A stretch of DNA of 64,000 bases from Vicinamibacteria bacterium (GCA_963668695.2 CAXXLQ010000004.1:3616001-3680000), one strand, 5' to 3'. Numbered from the stretch's first letter, positions 50,088 through 60,828 are shown. Numbers and translations: made by a program. Notes: generated from the letters alone by a model not told the origin.

Positions 50088-50435
50088 TTATCCGATCTCT
50101 TCCCCGCCATCCGGGCCGTAGAAGATGACCCAGGCCTTGAACGAGTCCCCCAAGTCGAGGAATCGGTGCGGAACTCCGGCGGGGACGAAGAGGAAGTCCC
50201 CGGGCCGGAAGGGAACCGTCTCGTCTCCCATCCGAAACCGGCCCTCGCCCTCGAGGATCACGTAGCACTCGTCCCGCTCGTGGGGCTGCTGGGTGTCGGT
50301 GCCGACCGGGGCGTAGAGCCCCACTTCAAGCTGACCGCGCTCCAGCGCCACAAAGTAGCGGTCTTCGGGAAGTTGGGCGGTGCATTCCGCCGCGGAGAGC
50401 TTTCGGCATTCCGTTTGTCTCAAAATGGCGGTCAC
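50088..50435 (-). CDS. Cupin domain protein
   Basis: QQPHERDECYVI, GDFLFVPAGVPHRF, WVIFYGP. Confidence 0.85.
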   Translation of the reverse strand: MTAILRQTECRKLSAAECTAQLPEDRYFVALERGQLEVGLYAPVGTDTQQPHERDECYVILEGEGRFRMGDETVPFRPGDFLFVPAGVPHRFLDLGDSFKAWVIFYGPDGGEEIG

Positions 50436-52051
50436 GTCCCCAAGATCCTGCCGTTGATTTTTCCGCCGGCCCCTACCGCGAAGAGATTTCCATGGCTGAT
50501 CCCCTCTGCAGCGTCCGGAAAGAGCCGACCCAGAGCGGCCGATGGCACGTTACCCAGCTCCCTGGGTTCGAGCTTGTGCAGCCCGCCGCCGTAGACACGT
50601 CCTTCTCCGAGCAATGCATCGGGATCGATGTCGTTCAATGTCTGCCAAACCTTCCCCTGGAGGGTGACGTCGCATTCCATCGCCTTCGCGACGGCGGCAG
50701 TCGGGTAGAGCATCAAATACACATTCGCGGCCGTTGCCCGGGACCGATTCATGATGAAGCGAAACACCCGCCGGTCCCTCTTTCGTGCCCTCCCCAGGTA
50801 TGTGCATACGAACGGCGCGGCGGGGCGCGATTCCTGCGCATACCAGGGTGTCCGGTGACGGCAGATGTACCGGTCAGCCACACCGCGCTCCCGTCCCTCC
50901 TCCAGATACGTCCAGAGCGCGGGATGCCGCCGGCTGACCTCCTCGTAGGGAAGCCGACAGTCCAGAAGGAACAGCCGACGCGGAAGTCTCGGGTTTCCGT
51001 CGGAGTCGCACTGGACTTCGTCCTCCGCGAGATGACGCGGCCCTGGCAGTATCGGCAGAAACACCTGCCAGGGCAGCCCGCGGCGAGCGATCTCCTCCTC
51101 CGGCAGAATGAAGAAGCGGTTGTTCCCGGTCGCAAGTCCTCGCTTGACAGTGAAGAACCTGCGCAGAGTCGGCGCATCTTCGCACCCGTCCGCGCTCCAA
51201 GTCGGATATCTCGTCCACTTTCGCGCACCACGAAGCTCACTCGCCGGCACGGCTCGTTCAACGCCTGGCTCCAACAGGCTCCCGCCGTACGTCATCCGGA
51301 CGCCGTAGTCGTTCGACGGCGTCTCATTTCGAAACCACACCACTGACGACGACACCAACGCATCGCCGAACTGCACGTCGTTCGGATCGAACCTGTGTAT
51401 GTGCAGCAACGTCACCCGGTCAAGCAAATGCCGCTTCACCGCAGCGCCGTAGTTCACATCCATGAACTCGCTCGGAATGAGCCAGCCCGCCAGAGCCCCC
51501 GGCGCCATCCACCGATTGCTCAGCCCGAGGAAATAACAGTACAGGCCCGCAAGTCCACTGACGTCCATACCGCTCGCCTCCATCACCCGGGCCCTTAGAC
51601 GTCGCTTCTCTTCGATGTGCAGGTGGTGGTGCCGGACGTACGGCGGATTGCAGATCACCAGATCGAACGCGGCCGTTTTGGCCGGCGGCTGCGCCCGCGT
51701 GAAGTCCTCAAGTCGCAAGTCGAGCCCACTACGCCCCCAAAGCTCCACGGCGGGTACGCCGTAGTGCGGGTCAATCTCGTACCCGGCTGCTGCTCCGACG
51801 CGGCTCTCCGGAAAGACACTCCGAAAGGCCGAGTAGAAAGCTCCGGTGCCGACCGCAGGATCCAAGAACCGGACCTTCTCACCTCTGCCCCAGTTCGCCG
51901 CCGCGTACCTCAGGATGTCGCGCGCCAGCGCCGAGGGCGTCGCAAATTGCCCCATGGCGTTGCGTTCCGCCTGGGATTTCCTGCCGTCGAGAGTCTCTTG
52001 GAGTCCAAGACGCCGGGCTTCCAGCGCGGCCACGTTCGCTTCCGGAGCCAT
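50432..52051 (-). CDS. N6-adenine DNA methyltransferase (gamma class, Eco57I/XamI-like)
   Basis: GQFATP, FLDPAVGTGAF, ICNPPY, YGGGLHKLEPREL. Confidence 0.9.
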   Translation of the reverse strand: MAPEANVAALEARRLGLQETLDGRKSQAERNAMGQFATPSALARDILRYAAANWGRGEKVRFLDPAVGTGAFYSAFRSVFPESRVGAAAGYEIDPHYGVPAVELWGRSGLDLRLEDFTRAQPPAKTAAFDLVICNPPYVRHHHLHIEEKRRLRARVMEASGMDVSGLAGLYCYFLGLSNRWMAPGALAGWLIPSEFMDVNYGAAVKRHLLDRVTLLHIHRFDPNDVQFGDALVSSSVVWFRNETPSNDYGVRMTYGGSLLEPGVERAVPASELRGARKWTRYPTWSADGCEDAPTLRRFFTVKRGLATGNNRFFILPEEEIARRGLPWQVFLPILPGPRHLAEDEVQCDSDGNPRLPRRLFLLDCRLPYEEVSRRHPALWTYLEEGRERGVADRYICRHRTPWYAQESRPAAPFVCTYLGRARKRDRRVFRFIMNRSRATAANVYLMLYPTAAVAKAMECDVTLQGKVWQTLNDIDPDALLGEGRVYGGGLHKLEPRELGNVPSAALGRLFPDAAEGISHGNLFAVGAGGKINGRILGT

Positions 52052-52052
52052 C

Positions 52053-52274
52053 CTACAACCCGAACTCCGCAAAGTCGGCGATGCGATGCTCCCAGACCCA
52101 GTCGATGCCTTCAGCCGCCTCGTAGCCGAGATATCCAGAGTCGAAGTATCCACAAAGGAATAGTACGAACCGCACATCTTTGCCGTAGGTCTTCCGTAGC
52201 TGGCCCACCTTCGTCGCCTCCTCCTTCCGCCGCTTGTTGACATTGGTGTAGTCGCCCGCCGATTTCGCAGCCAC
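52053..52274 (-). pseudogene. C-terminal fragment of a XamI-family restriction endonuclease
   Basis: KSAGDYTNVNKRRKEEATK..LFLCGYFDSGYLGYEAAEGIDWVWEHR, directly upstream of the MTase; N-terminal part missing. Confidence 0.75.
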
Positions 52275-52652
52275 TCACGTAGGATCCCAAAGTCTGGATA
52301 TCACAGGGAGTATCACTCACCCGGTTCGCTGCCGAGAGCACCCCGAAGGAGAAAACCCGCCGCGCTCGAACGACTATGGACGAATGTGTCCGAACGCAAC
52401 GGCTCGCTGTCGAGCCGCGCTTTTCGCCTCCCTTGCCGGGACCGGGCTTCTGATCTCGGCCTCGGGAGGCGGAGGTGCGCCGACCACCGCAGGGCCGCCC
52501 CCGGTCGCCCCGTCTCCGCCGGTCCGGCCTCCGCTGCCAGCCCCGCCAGCTGTCTTCGCGTAGCCGGTGGGCGGTAAGGAAGGCGTCGACTGGGCGATCA
52601 ACAACTATGTGGACCGTAACCCGGACGCGGGCTGCGAACGCGGCCCAGTGCC

Positions 52653-52973
52653 TCAGGCGCCAGGCAACCGGTACGGGACAGCCTTCCTTACTGCTGCGTC
52701 CACGGTCTCCGGGGTGAGCAGAACGGTTACCGATACCGTGAGCGCACCCGCAGCGGCGATGTTCAGGGAGAGCGCCGTCGCCGCCGTTTCGTCGGGACGG
52801 TCGGCGATCAGATAGAGGTCACAGTCGCCAAGGGCGTAGTAGAAACCTTCCAGGCTACCCCCGACGCCCTCGATGGTTTGACGCAGGGCCGCCTCCCGGC
52901 CGCTGCCGCCCTCGGCGAGCAGCCCCTTCAGGCCGGACTGCGTGTAGTTGGTTCGGAACATGTACTTGGCCAT
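52653..52973 (-). CDS. GYD domain protein
   Basis: YTQSGLKGLLAEGGSGR..GGSLEGFYYALGDCD..YRLPG. Confidence 0.85.
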   Translation of the reverse strand: MAKYMFRTNYTQSGLKGLLAEGGSGREAALRQTIEGVGGSLEGFYYALGDCDLYLIADRPDETAATALSLNIAAAGALTVSVTVLLTPETVDAAVRKAVPYRLPGA

Positions 52974-53169
52974 GCTGTCCCCTTTGCCAAAGGTGACGTG
53001 GTGTTGCGGTGGTGCAACGTAGCTATCTGGTGGCCGACTGCCGCAGGTCCTTTGCCCGAAAGGGCGGCGCGACCCAATTCCCTGATGGACGCTACCGCTA
53101 GTCTCGCGCACTGATCAAATTCCGCGCCCGGGAATACTGGTCAAGTGTGGGTCATGGCCCGGCGGGGCC

Positions 53170-54015
53170 CTACGGCGGTTCGGCCAGGAAGTCGCCAAGG
53201 GTCCACCAGTTCGCGGTGACCACCTGGCCGCCGGGCGCGCCGCCGGGCCCGTAGGCGAGCACCAGGTCGTAGATCTCACCCCGGTGTTCGAGCACCGCCG
53301 CCGAGAGGAAGATGGCGGGCGCCCCTTCGTTGAGCGTGGCGCAGCGCCCGGTCTGCCACGCCACTTGAAACAAGCTCGCCGCGCCGGGGAGGTTCCCCTC
53401 GAGAACGGCTTCGACCAGCGGGACGACGTCGTCGGTGGAGGCGCAGCCTACGGCTCCGGCAAGGCCGAGCGAGTCAACGGGGAACCGGTCCAGAACGGTG
53501 TCGAACACCAGGGATTCACCGGGGGAGTGACGCGCGAACACCCGGTGGTCACCGTCCGCCGGCAATTCGGGAACGCTCGCGTCGAGATCCGCGCCGCCAA
53601 TCTGGAGGGTGGCGCCCGCCGAGAACATCAACTCGCCCGCCGGCACGCTCACTCCGTCCCCGTCGTAGTCGCCCCGCCGAACCGCGTAGCGGAACTCCAG
53701 CCGGCCGGCTTCGCTGGCGGCAAGCGCAGCCGGTTCGCTGGCGAGCCCGAGATCGAAGATCAGGAAGACCTCGCCGGTCGTCTCCACCTCCTCGCCGCTT
53801 GTGACCAGGACGACGAAGACCAGTTCCTCGCCGTCGAGATACGTCCCGTTCGCCGCCGGCTCCGAGACGATCTCCACCCGGTCGATCAGCGCGCTCGCCC
53901 GATCACCCGGCTCCGGGCTCGTGGGGCTTCCATCGCCCTCCTCGCACGCGGAAAGCGCGACGAGCAGAAGAGCCGCCGCGACGGCCGCGACCGATCCGGC
54001 GACCCCGCTGCTCAC
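53170..54015 (-). CDS. Hypothetical lipoprotein with one Ig-like adhesin-type repeat
   Basis: Lipobox LSAC; GTYLDGE..LEFRYAV..GDYDGDGVS..HRV; GTGA-coupled to the symporter. Confidence 0.6.
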   Translation of the reverse strand: MSSGVAGSVAAVAAALLLVALSACEEGDGSPTSPEPGDRASALIDRVEIVSEPAANGTYLDGEELVFVVLVTSGEEVETTGEVFLIFDLGLASEPAALAASEAGRLEFRYAVRRGDYDGDGVSVPAGELMFSAGATLQIGGADLDASVPELPADGDHRVFARHSPGESLVFDTVLDRFPVDSLGLAGAVGCASTDDVVPLVEAVLEGNLPGAASLFQVAWQTGRCATLNEGAPAIFLSAAVLEHRGEIYDLVLAYGPGGAPGGQVVTANWWTLGDFLAEPP

Positions 54016-55541
54016 CGCTGCCGCGCCCAGCGCGCCGCCTCGTCGACCTGCCTCGCGCCTTCGGGATCCGGCCGGGTGAGGAGGCTCACCACGATGGCCG
54101 CGGCGAACCCCGCGGCAAACCCGACGACCATCTCGTAGAGCTCGAAGTACGCCGGCTTGCCCCAAAGGAACCACCCGACCGACGTCAGGAAGCCGACCAC
54201 CATTCCCGCGACCGCTCCCGGAAGCGTCATCCGGCGCCAGAAGACGCCGAGAATCGCGACCGGCGCAAAGGCGCAGCCGAGGCCCGACCACGAGAAGAGG
54301 ACGAAGAAGAAGATCATCCGTACCTCGGGGAGTGCGACTCCGATGGCGACCACTCCGAGCACCAGCGTGACCACCTTGCCGAAGCGGGCGAGGCGCGCCT
54401 CGTCGCGGGTCAGCCGGGCGATCGTTCCGCGAAGTCCCGGCGCCGCCGGGTCCCGATAGCGGGATCCGAGAATCTTCTCGAAGAAGTCCCGCACGACCGC
54501 CGACGAGGCGAGCAGCAGGACCGAGTCCGCGGTGGACATGATCGCCGCCAGCACCGCGGTCAGGAAGAGCCCGGTGACCACCGGGGGCATGAGGTCCGAG
54601 GCCAGGAGCGGCAGGATGCCCTCCGGATCGGCGATCTGGGGGTAGAGCACCCGCCCCGCCATTCCGGTGAGCACGGCCCCGAGATCGAACAGCACGATCA
54701 CGAAAGCGGCCATGAACCCGCCGTCCGAGAGGGTGCGCCGATCCTTCGAGGCCATGAACCGCACGAGGAGCTGCGGCGCTCCCAGGAAAGCGAGGCCGAT
54801 CCCCAGGTGGCTGACCACGTCGGCGATTCCCTGGCCGGACATTCCCGAAGCGCCGAGCGGCCGCAGGAGGCCGGGGTCGGCGCTCGCGAGCCGCTCCGCG
54901 AGGACGGAGAGGCCGCCGATCTCGTTGATCGCGACGATCGGCAGCGCCACCAGCGCCGCGGCCATCAACGTCGCCTGGATGAGATCGCTCCAGGCGACCG
55001 CCTTCAGACCGCCGAAGCTCGTATAGAACAGGATCACCACGGCCCCGAGAATCACTCCGATCTCGTAGGGGATTCCGAGGAACGACTCGAACGTCTTGCC
55101 GGAGCCGGTGAGCTGGGCCGCCATGTAGGTCCCGGCCATCACCATGATCACCACGGACCCGAGGATCCGCAGGATCTGCCGCCGGTCGCCGAAACGCATC
55201 TCCAGCCAGTCCGCCACCGTGATGGCGCGGTAACGGTCGGCAAGCGCCTTGAAGCGGGGGCCGATGAAGGTCCACGCGACCGCGGTGGCGAGCACCTCGC
55301 CGAAGACGATCCAGAGCGCGTTGACCCCGAGCAGGTACCCCATGCCGGTGAGACCGAGCAGGAGCCAGGCGCTCTCGCCGGTGCTCGCCGCCGAAAAGCC
55401 GACGACGGCCGCCGGGAGACGGCGCCCCGCGAGGTAATAGCCCTCGAGACTACCGGTGCTCCGGGAACTCCAGATGGCGAGCCCGAAGAGGATCGAGAGA
55501 TAACCGATGAGGACGGCCCAGAGGGGCCAGTTTTCAGCCAC
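54012..55541 (-). CDS. putP: Sodium/proline symporter (SSS family)
   Basis: YYLAGR, ESAWLLLGL.G, YTSFGGLKAVAWSD..Q, G.PQLLVRFMA, AAIMSTADS. Confidence 0.85.
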   Translation of the reverse strand: MAENWPLWAVLIGYLSILFGLAIWSSRSTGSLEGYYLAGRRLPAAVVGFSAASTGESAWLLLGLTGMGYLLGVNALWIVFGEVLATAVAWTFIGPRFKALADRYRAITVADWLEMRFGDRRQILRILGSVVIMVMAGTYMAAQLTGSGKTFESFLGIPYEIGVILGAVVILFYTSFGGLKAVAWSDLIQATLMAAALVALPIVAINEIGGLSVLAERLASADPGLLRPLGASGMSGQGIADVVSHLGIGLAFLGAPQLLVRFMASKDRRTLSDGGFMAAFVIVLFDLGAVLTGMAGRVLYPQIADPEGILPLLASDLMPPVVTGLFLTAVLAAIMSTADSVLLLASSAVVRDFFEKILGSRYRDPAAPGLRGTIARLTRDEARLARFGKVVTLVLGVVAIGVALPEVRMIFFFVLFSWSGLGCAFAPVAILGVFWRRMTLPGAVAGMVVGFLTSVGWFLWGKPAYFELYEMVVGFAAGFAAAIVVSLLTRPDPEGARQVDEAARWARQR

Positions 55542-55553
55542 GGCGCGTCTCGC

Positions 55554-55676
55554 TCAGCCCGAGTCGGACTCCCGGGAAGCGCGGCGGCCCTGGGCGGCGT
55601 TCCAGGCGGCGAGCACCATGCCGGGGAGCACCGCCGCGACAAGCAGCACCCAGGCGGTTAGCGGGAATCCCTTCAC
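55554..55676 (-). CDS. Small 40-aa membrane protein upstream of the SSS symporter
   Basis: GGAGG RBS, GTG start, MKGFPLTAWVLLVAAVLPGMVLAAW... Confidence 0.55.
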   Translation of the reverse strand: MKGFPLTAWVLLVAAVLPGMVLAAWNAAQGRRASRESDSG

Positions 55677-55689
55677 CGGGCACCTCCGA

Positions 55690-55863
55690 GACGTCCCATG
55701 GCGGAGGCGAGGCGAACACCGAGACCGCTGAGGCGCCCGGCTGACAAGGCGCGTGAGGGAAGGAATACCAGAGGTATTGCGACCGAAGCGCAACGACGAG
55801 CGTAGCGGTTCAGCCGGGATGGATCGGCGGTCGAATGTCGTCTTGCTTTCGTCATGGGGCGTC
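55690..55863. repeat. MITE-family core enclosed in different 26-bp terminal arms (copy J)
   Basis: GACGTCCCATGGCGGAGGCGAGGCGA / TCGTCTTGCTTTCGTCATGGGGCGTC around the CCGGCTGACAAGGCGCG..TTCAGCCGGGATG core. Confidence 0.75.
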
Positions 55864-58800
55864 AGTTCGGGCGGATGGGCCGGTCGTCGGTGCGGTACAT
55901 GTCCTCGTTCAGCCAGGGGTATTCCCCGTAGGGCCGGGCGTCGGGCCACATCTCGTCGAGGGTGTTCCCGTCGTAGATCCGGCCGTCCTTGATCACCAGA
56001 TGGATGCCGGTGGTGGCGCGGATGTCCTCGAGCGGGTTCTCGTCGAGCACCAGAAGATCGGCGAGCTTGCCGTCCTCCACGGTCCCCAGTTCGTGCTCGA
56101 GCCCGAGGTAGGCCGCCCCCTGCCGGGTCGCAAGATCCAGGGCGCCGAGCGGTCCCATCGCCGCCTCGGCCATCCAGATCTCCCAGTGCGAGCCGATGCC
56201 GTGGTGCTGGCCGTGGCCGCCGATGGCCCCCGAACCGCCCTCGGCGATGATGTCGGCGAGCCCCTGGGCGAGCAGCGGGAAGCTGTAGTCGGTCTCGGGG
56301 CGCAGCGGACGGCGCCGGGTGTGCGGGATCAGCATCCGCCAGGGAAGCCAGCGCTGCTGCTTGGGATCCTGCCAGTTCGCCGTCTCCTGCCAGAAGTACT
56401 CCTCGTTCCAGGCGGACGGGCCGCCCACCACGAAGGTGATCGAATAGACGGTCTTCGTGCGCCCGAAGAACTTCGCGGCGTCCTCGTAGAGCGGGACGTA
56501 GGTGAGCGGGTGTTCCCAGCCGGTCTGGCCGTCCAGGATGAGGCCCACGTTGTAGATGAGGCTGCCGCCCTCGCCGGTCACCATGAGGTTCCGCTCGCGC
56601 GAGATCTCAGCGATCCACTGGCGCTGGTCGCGCCGGGGCTGCATGTAGGACTTGATCGCGGTGGCGCCCCAGGAAGTGAGCCGCTCGACGTTGTTCTCGG
56701 CGTCCTCGTAGCTCTGGATGTCGTTCTGGCGCGAGCCGTCGCCGTTGTACATGGGATCGCCGGTGCTGAACATCCGCGGCCCGACCATCTCGCCGGCCTC
56801 GACGAGTTCGGCCGCCGAAAAGACGTTCTGGGACCACTGCGAGTTGTCGAGCGTGGTGGTCATCCCGTACGCCAGGTAGACCGCCGCTTCCCAGTTGCGG
56901 CGGGGGAGCACGCCGGTGTGATCCCGGTGGTGGTGGGCGTGCATGTCGATGAACCCCGGGATGATCGTCTTGCCCGAGACGTTCACCACCCGGTCCTGCT
57001 CGGTCCAGACGCAGTCCCCGACGCAGACGATCCGGCCGTCCGAGATCCGGACGACGCCCTCTTCGATGGTTCCCTGATCACCAAGGGTGACGATGCGGGC
57101 CCCAGTCAGGACCGCGCCTCCCTTCGCGCGCTGGCGCGGCAGTTCGAGGCTCACCTCGTGGTGGGTCGTCTCGTCGGCGTCGGGGTCGTAGGTGGTGATC
57201 CGCGGCCCGCTGCCCAGATAGAGCAGTCCGTCCGGGGTCCAGCGGGGGAACATGCCCCCGTCCCGGGTCACCGTCCGGATCGGCAGCGACGCCTTCCGGC
57301 GCTCGATGTGCGGAGCTTCCGCGCCGGCGCCCGGCCAGGGGAGCGCGGTGAGATACACGTTGTCTCCCTCGGCGAAGGCGACCCAGCGCCCGTCCGGGGA
57401 GGGAGCGGCCTCGTCGGCGAAGGGGAAGGTGAGGTGGACCCGGCGGTCGGATCCATCGGGCTTCACCGAGACCAGCCGGGTGACGTCCTGGCGGTAGCCG
57501 TCGCGTTCCCAACTGTCCTGCTCGGGGAAGAACAGGCGGCCGTCGGGGCCGAAGGACGGCGCCACGATCTGCCGGCGCGGCATCAGGGGCCGACCCGCGT
57601 TGTACGGGCGGAGCGTCTTCGTGATGACGGTGGCCGGCCCGCCGGCGGCAGGAATGCTGACGAGGTCGTAGCGGAGGTTCTGCGACCAGGATCGGCCGCG
57701 GGCGGGAGCGCCGGTGCCGCGCGCCGCGACGATCGCGCTCCCGTCCGGCGTCCAGACCGGATGGATGTACTCCGAGGAGGTGTCGGTGAGGCGGGTGGGA
57801 GCGCCGCCTCCCCGGGAACCTTCAGGAGGTGTCCCTCCGTGTCGTCCCAGGAGGTGTAGGCGACGAACGCTCCGTCGGGCGAAAACGCCGGCGACAGCTC
57901 GTAGGCCGGGTCATCGCCTTCCACCAAGCGCTCGGGAGTTCCGTCCGGAAGCGCCATCCGGTAGAGCCGGCCGGCGGCGTGGAAGACCGCTACCGAGCCG
58001 TCCGGGGAAACGGCCGGCCAGCGGATCATCCGCGCCCGGAAGGTGTCGCCGGAAATATCGAACTTCGCGCGGGCCTGTTCGGAGACCCGGCGGCGCACTT
58101 CAGCGACGAACGGCACTTCCTCGGTGTCCCCGCTGGCGGCGTCCACCCGGACGATCCGGCCGCCGCGCAGCACGTAGAGCGCCGCGCTGTCGGGGGTCCA
58201 GGAGTAGCCGGGGAGGACGCGTTCCGTTTTCATCCCCTCGGCGAGGTCCGTCTCGATGGGGTCGGCCAGCAGGCGTTCGCCGCCCGTCGCCAGATCCCGG
58301 AGAAAGAGCGCCGTGCGCGGCCCGAACCGGTGGCCCTTGAAGGAGATCGTGCCGCCGGGGATCCGGCGGGCGAAGGCGAGCCAGCGGCCGTCCGGAGAGG
58401 GCTCCGGGGCGATGGCGCCCCCGCTCGATCCCTGGTACTGCTGCTGGGATTGGCCCTCGGTTACGTCGTAGACCTTGCCGGTCTCCAGGTCGAGTTCCCG
58501 GATCTGCATCGCCCCCCGGACCAGATCGCGCTCGGAAGACGGGGCGAAGTGGAAGTAGAGGCTCCCGTTCGCCGACGGCGCGGGCCAACCGGCGCGCGGG
58601 TAGTCACTCCCGACGAGTTCGACGCCGCTCCCGCCCTCGGGGTGGAACAGGTAGAGCCCGGAACGGCGCGGCTGGCTGAGCGTGAAACTCCGGGCCACGA
58701 TCCCCTGCCCGTTCGGCAACCAGGCCGGGGTGGCGACCCTCGCGTTGGGGTCCTGGTGGACCGGGCGCGGGTTGCCGCCGTCCGCATCCATGAGCCAGAG

Positions 58801-59184
58801 GTTCGACTGTCCGCCCCGGTCGGAGACGAAGGCGATCGTCGCGCCGTCGGGCGACCAGCGCGGGTGGTAGTTCATTGCCACCCCGCTGTCCTGGGTCAGG
58901 CACTCCGCCTGCCCGCCCGCGATGGGCATCCGGTAGATGTGGCCGAGCAGGTCGAAGACGAGCGCGTTGCCGTCCGGAGACACGTCGAGGGACATGAAGG
59001 TGCCCTCCGAGGTCTCGAAGACGAGGTCGTAGGCGTCGCCACGGGCGAGCGTGGTGTCCCATCCCGAATCGTCGGTGCGGCCGCCCTTCTGGGCGGCGGC
59101 GCCGGAAGCCACTAGGCACAGGGCGGCAAGAACCGCAAGGCTTCGGGAGCGGAGTGGAAGGGGCGCGGGCGAGGCGTTTCTCAT
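55862..59184 (-). pseudogene. Exported PD40/TolB-repeat + amidohydrolase protein, split by one frameshift (real or sequencing error)
   Basis: SPDG repeats; PGFIDMHAH; GKLADLLVLDENP; frame change near 57810 restores GGAPTRLTDTSSEYIHPVWTPDG. Confidence 0.8.
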
Positions 59185-59292
59185 GAAGTCTCCTTCGGGT
59201 GAACCGGGCCGCATAATAACGGCGCTCATGGCCACCCCTTGCACGCCTAGCGATGGGGATGAAGGCGTCCGGGAGACCGGAGGAAGCCGGCG

Positions 59293-60240
59293 ATGACGAT
59301 CCAGCCGCCCCGCTGGTCGGACGCGGTGGCGGCCGCGGAGCGGCTCCGGCGGGTGTTTCCGCCGAGTCCGCTGCTCCGCGCCACCCCGGACCTGGCGGCA
59401 GAACTCCTGCTCAAGGCGGACACGCTCTTGCCCTCGGGGTCGTTCAAGGTGCGCGGGATCTGGGACGCGGTATCGCAACTGAGCCCGGAGGCGGTGGCGC
59501 CCGGACTCTCCACCGTGAGCGCCGGGAACACGGCGCTCGCACTCGCCTGGGCGGCGCGCCGGCGGGGGGTCACCGCCCGCTCGCTGCTGCCCGAGACGGT
59601 GCCCACCGCGAAAGTCGAAGCGTTCCGCGCCGCCGGGGGCGAACCGCGCCTCGTCCCGGTGCCCGAGCTCTTCCGGTTCCTGAAAGAGAGCCTGTGGGAA
59701 CGGGAGCCCTACGCCTTCGTCCACCCGTGGATCGACCCTGCGGTGCACCGGGGGCACGCGAGCCTTGCGGTCGAACTCCTGGAGGCGGCGCCCGACGTCG
59801 AATCGGTGTTCATTCCGGTCGGTGGAGGCGGGCTGCTCACCGGAGTGGCCGGCGCGCTCAAGGATCGCCGACCGGAGATCCGCATCTTCGCGGTCGAGCC
59901 CGCCGGCTGCGCCGCCCTCCATCACAGCCTGGAGGCCGGCCGCGCGGTGGCGGCCCCCTGCGAAACGGTGTGCGACGGGGCGGCGGTCCCCTACCTCACC
60001 GAGGAGCTCTACCCCGCCCTCGCGGGCCTCGTGGACCGGACCGTGCTGGTGCCGGACGAGGAGACCCTCGCCACCTCGCGGGACCTCCTTCTCAACCAGA
60101 AAATCCTCACGGAACCCTCCGGCGCGCTCGCGACCGCCGGCGCGCGGATGGTGCCGGCCGGAGAGCGCGGTCTGAGCGTGGCCATCCTCACCGGCGCCAG
60201 CGTCGGCGCGGCGGGGATCCAGCGGCTGCTGGATCTCTGA
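59293..60240 (+). CDS. PLP-dependent threonine/serine dehydratase family enzyme
   Basis: GSFKVRG, SAGN, PVGGGGL, EPSGA. Confidence 0.88.
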   Translation: MTIQPPRWSDAVAAAERLRRVFPPSPLLRATPDLAAELLLKADTLLPSGSFKVRGIWDAVSQLSPEAVAPGLSTVSAGNTALALAWAARRRGVTARSLLPETVPTAKVEAFRAAGGEPRLVPVPELFRFLKESLWEREPYAFVHPWIDPAVHRGHASLAVELLEAAPDVESVFIPVGGGGLLTGVAGALKDRRPEIRIFAVEPAGCAALHHSLEAGRAVAAPCETVCDGAAVPYLTEELYPALAGLVDRTVLVPDEETLATSRDLLLNQKILTEPSGALATAGARMVPAGERGLSVAILTGASVGAAGIQRLLDL

Positions 60241-60246
60241 ACGCCG
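59904..60246 (+). repeat. 343-bp direct repeat, left copy (3' end of the dehydratase gene)
   Basis: Matches 63326-63668 with about 8 substitutions. Confidence 0.92.
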
Positions 60247-60390
60247 TTCAGGCCCTGCGTAACTGCGACACGGAGCCGTCAGCCAGTCGCATGACACCGC
60301 CGGCCAGGGAACGCTGGCCTCTGGTCGGCACCGCCCGCCGGAGGCGGGCGAAACTGCGAATAGCCGACCCGCGTGGTGGCGCGCGACAGC

Positions 60391-60419
60391 GGGAGCGCCG
60401 GTCTCCAGACCGGCATCGC
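60391..60419. repeat. REP-like palindrome
   Basis: GGGAGCGCCGGTCTCCAGACCGGCATCGC. Confidence 0.7.
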
Positions 60420-60828
60420 TGCCCGCCAGGGCAGCGAAACGCAGATCGCCCTCCTGCACTACGTCCCGGCCGGACAGCACGCTGCCGTCACCGATTCACT
60501 TCAGTTCAGAGATTCCCGCTCGATCAAATGGTTCTCCGGTGGGCGGGCCCCTGTTAGATTCCGCAGCAGGTGACCGCACCCCACCCCACCGGCCAGGGTT
60601 CTCGGCGTGACCGTGCGAGCTAGGCCACAAGCCCCCCCGGCAGGACTGGTCGAACGAACCGGCGAGGGGAATACGCCGCCGAGGGAGGCAGTGACGGTTT
60701 CCGTCGTATCCGCGCGCCAAGCTTCGGGAACCATGCCCAAGAGCCCCGAAGCCCGCCAGCCGGATCCCTACCCCCCCTCCGTACCGCACGGATCTCTGCC
60801 CACCTCAGCCCGTTCGCACCCGGGCTCT

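Noticed and set aside
52374-52604. 76-aa Gly/Pro-rich ORF
   Set aside because: Low complexity, no recognisable motif or RBS
59185-60480. N-terminal ~430 aa of ORF 57583..60480
   Set aside because: Antisense to the dehydratase; the real start is ATG 59184, with a GGAG RBS and signal peptide
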